This document shows positions 56,083 through 64,000 of a stretch of 64,000 nt of DNA, one piece after another. The translations under genes and the position numbers were made by a program. The notes beneath the pieces are model-generated. The model searched no databases and was not told the DNA's origin. It saw only the letters and a program-made list of their open reading frames with translations. This DNA is from Raja brachyura (taxonomy: Eukaryota). How positions within the stretch are numbered: position 1 is the stretch's first letter; each line of letters opens with the position of its first letter. The stretch is taken from the NCBI GenBank assembly GCA_963514005.1, contig OY740794.1, positions 16,740,001 through 16,804,000 on the forward strand, in the 5' to 3' direction.

Positions 56083-57086
56083 CTGTAGTTTTCAACAGTA
56101 GTCTGAAAAAATGTAAATACTGCTGTTATAGAACTGAAAAACGATACAAGCTAACCCAACAACATCAAAGATTGTTTCACTGATCTATAGAAGTGCCAAA
56201 AGATCAGAAACTTAGTTGGGAGCAAAATAATGTTATGGCTAACTGGGAACTAATGACTGTTTTTCTGCTGTGTCAGGGGAGGGAAAATTGCACAATGACA
56301 TCTGGGCGAGAATATTAATGAACATTCTACACATATTTTGCAAAAAAAATATGTAAGAAATGTAATTTCTACATTTCATAACATTTTGCCTTTCATTAAG
56401 GCAGGCAACTACTGTAAGGAGAATTGTAGCTGTTTGGTAAAGTAGTAAGCACAGAATACAGATCTCATTAAACCCTTGAGATATTTATGGCAATACTGAT
56501 TAACACTATCACCATATTGGCACACATTGCAAAAGGAACGTCTTATTATATTGTTTTGTGGCTCTTTTGTTTTTTATTGTTATTGGTAATGCTGCCTTAA
56601 TTATTGTCCCACAGTGATGAATTTATCAGAACTTCACGCATTACTTGAAAGGCATTTGAGTGGCACCATATAACCTATTTGGGATTATGGTTGCCTGGTT
56701 GGTTAGACGAGTTGACTTCAAATCCAAACATTTTTCAATTCAATTTGAAATTTTGGGCTAGCTTTTTAAACAAAAACAATTTATAATTGAGTTGTCCTCA
56801 ATTTAGTGATTCTTGGTCTTAATAGCCATTCATTGAACTCTACATATAAAGACCTGGTTCAGAATAAGGTTGGCTGCAATCTGTCCTGCAACATTAAGTC
56901 CATTCAAGCATTGAGCTGCGTTGATGGGGGGGGTGGGAATTATGGAGATACTCCTTGTGAGTGTGTACTCCAGCCAACTATCCAAGCCTTGAAAATTAAG
57001 AGCAATTTAATGTGGGATAACCTTTTGCAAAATGGGTTTATGCAGGTTATTCTGTTCCAACTGTTTTCTTTTGTTCCCCCACGTAG

Positions 57087-57266
<180 letters not shown>

Positions 57267-57309
57267 TAGGATAAGCTTCATATAGAACTGAACATTTAAT
57301 GTTTTCTAG

Positions 57310-57424
57310 GTTGGCACAGGTCTGGGTCCGACATTGGAATTCTATGCACTTGTATCTCAGGAACTGCAGAGAGCTGATCTCGGTCTGTGGCGGGGGGATG
57401 AAGTTACACTGTCGCACCCTAAAG
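57310..57424 (+). CDS. TRIP12: TRIP12 exon (HECT N-lobe)
   Basis: ttctag|GTT..AAAG|gtacgc; [38 protein letters not shown]. Confidence 0.96.
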
Positions 57425-58079
57425 GTACGCGTAAACCTCAAGTTTTATTTTCATATGTATGTAATGTATTAAAAATGTAACTGTCATATTTTAATGTATA
57501 AATTATTGAAACTTCATCTATTAAGGAACTCGATGAAGTGTTGTATATATTGTCCAGACAAAATGACAATGTTCAATGTAACAGGAGCATACTCTCCTAC
57601 ATTTGTATTTGGTTTCCATGTCAGTGAACTATAATATTAGTTTTCATATTCCTTGCATCAATTGCAAACTAGTTTTTTGCAGATAATGCAGCAGGATAAC
57701 CAGGTCTCGCTGCTTTTTGAAGCTCCCCAATCACTGTTTAGTATTTTTATTATTTTCCCCGGAAAATACTCTTTTTAAAATCTTTGACGACTCGAACTTA
57801 TTTATATCCCCATGTTACAGAACCTTTTTTTCAGCTTTTGAATGATGTAGCCAGCTGACATGATGTAGTCATGTAAATTAAAATGCCTAATGAATGGAGA
57901 CTTTTAGCTAGAACTTGTTCTGTAATCTTTGTTTCTTTAGTGAATCATTGTGGCTCCCCTTTAGTTTGTTTTCAGAATTTGTTGCACAAATGACGTCGGC
58001 ACTGTTACAAACAAATAATTTAAATATTTTGGAAAAAGACAAATGACTTGTCAGTTAACTAACTTAATTGTGTCTCTAG

Positions 58080-58234
58080 GCATCCAAGAAGGGACCAAAT
58101 ATATCCATAATCCCCGTGGCCTCTTCCCTGTTCCTTTTGGAAGAAACACAAAACCAGCATATGTAGCCAAAGTGAAAATGAAGTTGCGATTTCTTGGCAA
58201 GTTCTTGGCCAAAGCAATCATGGATTTTCGACTG
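58080..58234 (+). CDS. TRIP12: TRIP12 exon (HECT)
   Basis: ctctag|GC..CTG|gtatgc; [51 protein letters not shown]. Confidence 0.96.
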
Positions 58235-59122
58235 GTATGCTTCTTTTGTTACCTTTACATGATTCATCTGCCAAAAACTGATGTTTAGTTTTAATATGTT
58301 AATATCCGTGAAAATATCCTCATTTATGTTCCATCTGAAGACTCGTTGAATTATCGGGCAAGATAATTAGATTCTAATTATAGCATAAATAATGAATGAC
58401 CTGAAACCTTTCAGTAACAACGTCCAAACTGAGATTTCAATGTTAGTCCATGTGAAGTCGGAATCAACAGAAATCCAGCAAGAAGATTTTAAGACATTGA
58501 AAATTGGACATGGGAAATTAATGAATATAAAAGGAATATCATTTTAATCGCTACTGAAGATATATAACACTATATAAACTTCAGTCTTTAGCTCAAATAA
58601 AGGTCGATGCATAACATCTCTGTCAACCACTTTTCTCTAAATTAGTGGGTCTCCTATGAAATCTGCGCAGACTCTAGAATTTGAATGTTGATACATTTTT
58701 GGAAATGTATCTCCAGTCACAAATCCTTAGTATGCAAATGCTTGCTCAATACAGATGAATCCACTATACAAACTGCTTATTTTTCAAATATCTGCTCCAA
58801 ACTTCAGAACAAAGCTGTATTAATTGCATTGTAAATTAGAAATACTGAGGAGCACGGTACAGCATGTTTACACACAGCCAAGGTTTGTGCTGATCCATAT
58901 TTTTGTTCCATGCATCTTGACATTTAATTTGAAAAACAATATTTGGGTTTTATAATGCCAATTATTATGTACAACACAGGCTACAGATGTATATATTTCT
59001 GAGTGTAATACATAACATTCAGAACCTTAAAAAAAAAAGTGGTACCGGTATTAAAAATGGTTTTCTGCACGTTCTGTTTATTGCTGAGAACTGAGTTTTT
59101 TTCTCTCTCCTGGTCTGAACAG

Positions 59123-59287
59123 TTGGATTTGCCCCTCGGCTTATCATTTTACAAGTGGATGCTCCGACAGGAAAACTCCCTTTGCTCCCATGACCTTTTC
59201 AACATTGATCCAGTAGTAGCAAAATCAATTTGTCACCTTGAGGACATCATAAAACAAAAAAAGAAATTAGAACAAGATCGATCACAG
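59123..59287 (+). CDS. TRIP12: TRIP12 exon (HECT)
   Basis: gaacag|TTG..CAG|gtaaga; [55 protein letters not shown]. Confidence 0.96.
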
Positions 59288-59368
59288 GTAAGAATGAAAT
59301 CTGCTGGACTGGCCATTTTGTTCTGCACCCTTCAACATTTGAAGAATTTACTTTGATCAATTTACTTT

Positions 59369-59670
59369 GGGCAGCAAGGTGGCGCAGCGGTAGTTGCTGG
59401 TAACCAGCGGTAAAGACCTGGGTTCGATTCTGAATATGGGTGCTGTCTGTACAGAGTTTGTATGTTCTCCCTGTGACCGTGTGGGTTTTCTCTGGGATCT
59501 CTGGTTTCCTCCCACATTGCGAAGATGTACAAGTTTGTAGGTTAATTGGCTTGGTTTAATTGTAAATTGTCCCTAGTGTGTGTAGGATAGTGTTAGTGTA
59601 TGGGGATCGCTGGTTGGCGCAGACTCGGGCGGAAGCGTTTGTTTCCGCGCTGCATCTAAGCTGAACTAAA
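59369..59670 (+). mobile_element. V-SINE (HE1-like), full length
   Basis: gggcagcaaggtggcgcagcgg A box, ggttcgattc B box, V-domain and gtttccgcgctg tail. Confidence 0.87.
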
Positions 59671-60410
59671 ATTGTTGTTCTATTATGAAATAATGTAACT
59701 GAAGAAAATGGACGGTTCTATGGTTTAATTCATTGATATTAGATGTACAAATTCAATATTAGAGTTTTTTGTCAATTTATTTGTTGAATCTCACTAATAA
59801 ATCACCTTTTCATTAATGCCTTTCATTTTTACATTGTCTACCTTTTTTTACATAAGTATTTTTCAGTTCACAGCAGAGAATTTAATTTCCTGAATTAGCA
59901 GCATCTAAGATACTTTGGTGTGGCGGCTGAGGCAATTCTGAGATGTAACAGTCGATATAGATATGATGGAATCGGTCAAGAACTTACATTGTGTTACTAT
60001 GTGTTGAGTGATTTGTACACGTAGCTGATAACCATTTAATGTAGTGCACATGTTTGCACATGACTAAAAATGCATACTATGCTGTTGCCAGTAACTGCTT
60101 TGCTGGTGGGGTGGAAAGCGTTGAGCTAATTTTATTTGTCGTTGCTAAATGTACCAGAACCTTTCTGTTCGAGCCTTCTACATTTAGTTTCAGATTAGTT
60201 TATTGTCATATACCAGGATGCAATTAAATTTATTGCTGGCATAAAGCTTATAGTCAAACAGTATGCAGAAATAAAAGACAACAAAGTACACACAACTGCA
60301 GAATAATGCAAAGATTGTAGTGCTACGTGAAGTAGTGCAAAAAAAAGTGTTTCAAGTGTGAGATTTGTGAGGTGATTTGTTAATAGGAGAAAGTCAAGAC
60401 TAATGAATGG

Positions 60411-60500
60411 CTGATGAATCATCTTGACCCGAAATGTCACCTTTTTCTTTTCTATACAGATGCTGCCTGGCCCGCTGAGTTACTCCAGTATTTTGTGTCC
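60411..60500 (+). mobile_element. Penelope terminal fragment
   Basis: ctgatgaa...gacccgaaatgtc...gagttactccag. Confidence 0.65.
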
Positions 60501-60567
60501 AAGAATAACAAGGATGGGTGTTCAAAAGTTAAAGTTTAATATTGTCAATCTGAATTTTTTTCGACAG

Positions 60568-60732
60568 AGCAAAGAATGTCTTCAGCAAGCTCTGGAAAGC
60601 CTAAACATGAATGGCTGCTCTGTGGAAGAACTAGGCTTGGATTTCACACTACCTGGGTATGCTAATGTTGAACTGAAGAAGGGAGGGAAGGACGCAGTTG
60701 TCACCATACATAATTTGGAAGACTATCTGAGG
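60568..60732 (+). CDS. TRIP12: TRIP12 exon (HECT)
   Basis: cgacag|AGC..AGG|gtatgt; [55 protein letters not shown]. Confidence 0.96.
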
Positions 60733-61371
60733 GTATGTACACCAATTTCCAATTGTTTTAAATATTTTCTATGGTAAAGCAAAGGATTTTTTCATTCGGA
60801 GAATGCACTGCCAAAATATGGCTGTGAAGCGAATGATTTCCTCGGGTATACAGACATGAAATAAATTCTCAAGTGTAAAATCTTTTTGTGATGTAAGGAG
60901 AATGTTGTAAACACTTTGCTGATAACTCTCATCTTCCCTTTTCCATTTTATTCAAGATCTCGGATATAAATCTAATGTGTAATTGTATCTAATTTCCTGC
61001 TGGTACCAATTGGACAGCATTCAATGTGATATTTGTTCCCACATTTTAGCACAGTATAGCATCAATTGACTGCCATCCCCTGATTTGTCATTAACAAATT
61101 TAAGTTGGTGACCCAAATGTTCTTCTCATTTAGTGTTATTTTATTGTAAAGCTATTTGCATTAAGGTTATCTGGTCCTACCTGCCATTTGTTGTAAAAGT
61201 GTGATTTGTTCATAGTTTCCAACACTTTAGAACTGGTAAAGTGTCCTCTTCAGATGGAGCAATGGAATCTCATTCTAGAAACAGTTATTCATTTATTGAT
61301 CTTTATCTTTCCAGATAAAATTAGCTGATTGTTCCTATGATATTGACAATTCCAGCTCATTCGTTGCACTA

Positions 61372-61766
61372 AAGGGCCTGTCCCACTTTACGAGGTAATT
61401 CACAAATTCCACTGAGTTATTCATGAATTCTCCAGAGTTTTCCCCTTGATTCAAACTCGCAGAAGGTTCGTTAATGGGTCCGTAGGAGTCCGTAGATATA
61501 TCGTCGCGGCTCGTTATGCCAGCCGTAGGTACTCGGGGCATCAGATAAGGCGGGATGTTTTTTCCAGCCTGATGAAAATTGTCCAAGAGTAAAAAAAAAT
61601 AGTCGGGAGGATGCCCCGAGTACCTACGGCTGGTTTACGATATATCTACAGACTCTTACGGACCCGTTACAAACGTTCTGTGAGTTTGAATCAAGAGGAA
61701 AACTTGGGAGAATTTGTGAATAACTCGAGAATTCGTGAATCACCTCGTAAAGTGGGACAGGCCCTT
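61372..61766. mobile_element. Foldback MITE (non-autonomous DNA transposon)
   Basis: TA|aagggcctgtcccactttacgagg...cctcgtaaagtgggacaggccctt|TA; inverted arms of about 160-170 bp around a short spacer. Confidence 0.9.
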
Positions 61767-62287
61767 TACTCACATGTTGAACTTAACCTCTTCCTGACAC
61801 ATTCTGATAACTGTTCTCCACAATTTGAGGCCCCCAATTTAAAAATGATCAGTTCTTCCCAATCATCTGCAAAACTTTCTCCTAATTTTCCCAAACTACT
61901 ACATTTGCATCTAATTTTGAATTTGATTGCCACTGTAAATAAACTATTTACCCACCTCATTTTGCTTCCTGACCCACAATGGTTCTTGACATTCTTCACC
62001 TTTTGTGCTATTTATTCGCCTTTTGTTTCGCGTTCTCCCCCTCTGCCGACTGTCATAAATTCAGACATCTTGCCCCAACATTCAAGAAATCCCTCCACCT
62101 CCCTTTCTTCCCCTTAATTTTCCTTAAAGCTTGGACCAAATCATTTATTACCTGTCTTTGAGGTCTCTCTTGCTTTGTCATATTTGTTTTTGCTCATGCT
62201 TCTGCAATTTGTCTTCACATTAAAGGCTATTCATTATTGTATTCTGTTGTGCAACTGCAGCACTGATGTTGTGTTCAATCTCTATAG

Positions 62288-62401
62288 CTTGTGGTTTACT
62301 GGACCCTGAATGAAGGCGTTTCCAAGCAGTTTGAATCTTTTCGAGATGGCTTTGAGTCTGTTTTTCCACTCCATCACTTACAGTATTTTTACCCGGAGGA
62401 G
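62288..62401 (+). CDS. TRIP12: TRIP12 exon (HECT), last exon in the window
   Basis: ctatag|CTT..GAG|gtaagc; [38 protein letters not shown]. Confidence 0.96.
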
Positions 62402-63220
62402 GTAAGCGCCACACCTGGAACCGTTTTAAATAGATGCAGACAATAAACAGGAGTTCCTGTCGTGATTTTCGTGAATGCCAAAGTTCATTTTTATGCACTG
62501 AAAAGCTGTGAATTGATCTTTCATTGTATGCTAAAAGCATACAATGTTGGAATGTTACATATGTTGTAAATATTCATTTATTTTGTCTACATTATTTTGA
62601 TTCAAAGCCAGCTAAGTTGGAAACCATAGTCCAACTTTAAAATAAAAATATAATTTATATTGAAGATTGTGCATTAATGTCTTGCATGTGAAAGCATTGG
62701 ACTGCTGTTTGAAAAATGGAGCTGAATTATTTTTGACATTGGTCATGTCAATATGATCATGTATTTGCAATCCATTTTTTATGTTGGATAAAATAGTAAA
62801 TAGTAAGAAATAGTTTAAAAATCCATGTCATTTTCAGTGACATGATTAATTGTTATACAAACTTATTATGGCTATCTTCTGCTTGATCCAATGTCCAAGT
62901 GATCTTGAAAGATTAGGTGCTGCTAGATTAGCATTATTGATATACGGATTCGTTATAGTGATAAATCCACTTGAAGGAAACTGGATCCAGAGATTAATTC
63001 TGTTACTTGCCATGCTTCTAACTATTTGTGTGAATCTGATAGGTACATGAGTCACAAGAACTGAATGTACAAAACCACATTTTCCCTTTTACTGATGTCG
63101 TTTTCCTTTTCCTGTCCAACTCCAGAAATCTGCATTTTATGGACTTATGGGCACCTGGTTTACATCTCATTTAACAAACATCTGTATGAAGATTTTTATC
63201 TCACAAAAGAAAATAGTTGG

Positions 63221-63433
63221 TAGACAAGAATGCTGGAGAAACTCAGCGGGTGAGGCAGCATCTATGGAGCGAAGGAATGGGTGACGTTTCGGGTCGAGAC
63301 CCTTCTTCGTCTGAAGAAGGGTCTCGACCCGAAACGTCACCTAATCCTTCGCTTTGTGAATGCTGCCTCACCCGCTGAGTTTCTCCAGCATTTTTGTCTA
63401 TCTTTGATTTTCCAGCATCTGCAGTTCTTTATT
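63221..63433. mobile_element. Palindromic Penelope-derived element with a 15-bp target-site duplication
   Basis: aaagaaaatagttgg at 63206-63220 and 63434-63448; inverted arms of about 90 bp meet at the hammerhead core. Confidence 0.88.
63311..63338 (+). ncRNA. Minimal hammerhead-ribozyme catalytic core (Penelope type)
   Basis: CUGAAGA-A-GGGUC(UC)GACCC-GAAA-C-GUC: both conserved boxes, stem II, palindromic ACGU in place of stem III, GUC cleavage triplet; stem I is weak. Confidence 0.6.
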
Positions 63434-63887
63434 AAAGAAAATAGTTGGGTTGTGTTGTCACGAATAGTGACCATAATCATATCAGTGTTGAGGTCATTGT
63501 GCAGAATGATCGAACTAGCCCACATGTTAAGGTCCTAAATTGGAGCAAGGTTGATTTTTGAGGCATTAGGGAACTGGCAGAGGTTAATTGGGAGAGTGTT
63601 TGCAGGTAAGAAGGAGGCTGACAAGTGGAAGGCATTCTTGAATTAGCAATAGCTGAGGGCAGCACGTTCCCGTGAAGGGCGAGGCTTATGCATTTAGGTT
63701 CACGAGACGTTGAGGTTATGGTTAGTCAACACGAGGAGACATACATAGCGAAGCAATAGAGGACATTAAATGGAGCTGACAGGCCAGGTAAAGGAAAATG
63801 CTATGAACACATTTAAGAGCCCTGGAGTGCTGCAGAGCAGAGGTTTCTGAGAGTGAAGGTGCATGCTTCCCTAAAAGTGGTGAGTCG

Positions 63888-63987
63888 GGTACACAAAAGG
63901 CTGGAGAAACTCAGCGGGTGCAGCAGCATCTAAGGAGCAAAGGAGATGGGCGATGTTTCGGGTCAAGACCCTTCTTCAGACTGAAGA
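63888..63987 (-). mobile_element. Penelope terminal fragment with hammerhead-like core on the minus strand
   Basis: Reverse complement of 63952-63979 is ctgaagaagggtcttgacccgaaacatc. Confidence 0.75.
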
Positions 63988-64000
63988 ATTTAGCAGGCTT

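Noticed and set aside
61335-62117. Two opposite-strand ORFs sharing MPRVPTAG
   Set aside because: Artefact of the MITE's inverted arms.

Overview
This is vertebrate genomic DNA, most likely a cartilaginous fish (skate or ray), inferred from its repeats: HE1-type V-SINEs, CR1/HER1 LINEs, Rex1/Babar LINEs and elasmobranch-type Penelope termini. The whole window lies inside one + strand gene, TRIP12 (HECT E3 ubiquitin ligase). I traced 35 consecutive GT-AG coding exons from 394 to 62401 (4757 nt, about 1586 codons, all phases compatible). They cover the end of the N-terminal disordered region, the ARM repeats, the WWE domain, the K-box and the first part of the HECT domain. The start codon and the catalytic-Cys exons lie outside the window. 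The introns are dense with decayed transposons, several nested. Most ORF-track entries are spurious or are exon/transposon read-throughs. I found no clearly new multi-gene system. The best leads are: short Penelope-derived palindromic insertions carrying minimal hammerhead-ribozyme cores; candidate poison or alternative splicing around the WWE exon; two local intronic duplications whose breakpoints fall at splice sites; a hAT-like element with a 6-bp TSD; a GC-rich non-autonomous Rex1-tailed element; and a foldback MITE. Comparisons with human TRIP12 are from memory, not from a search.
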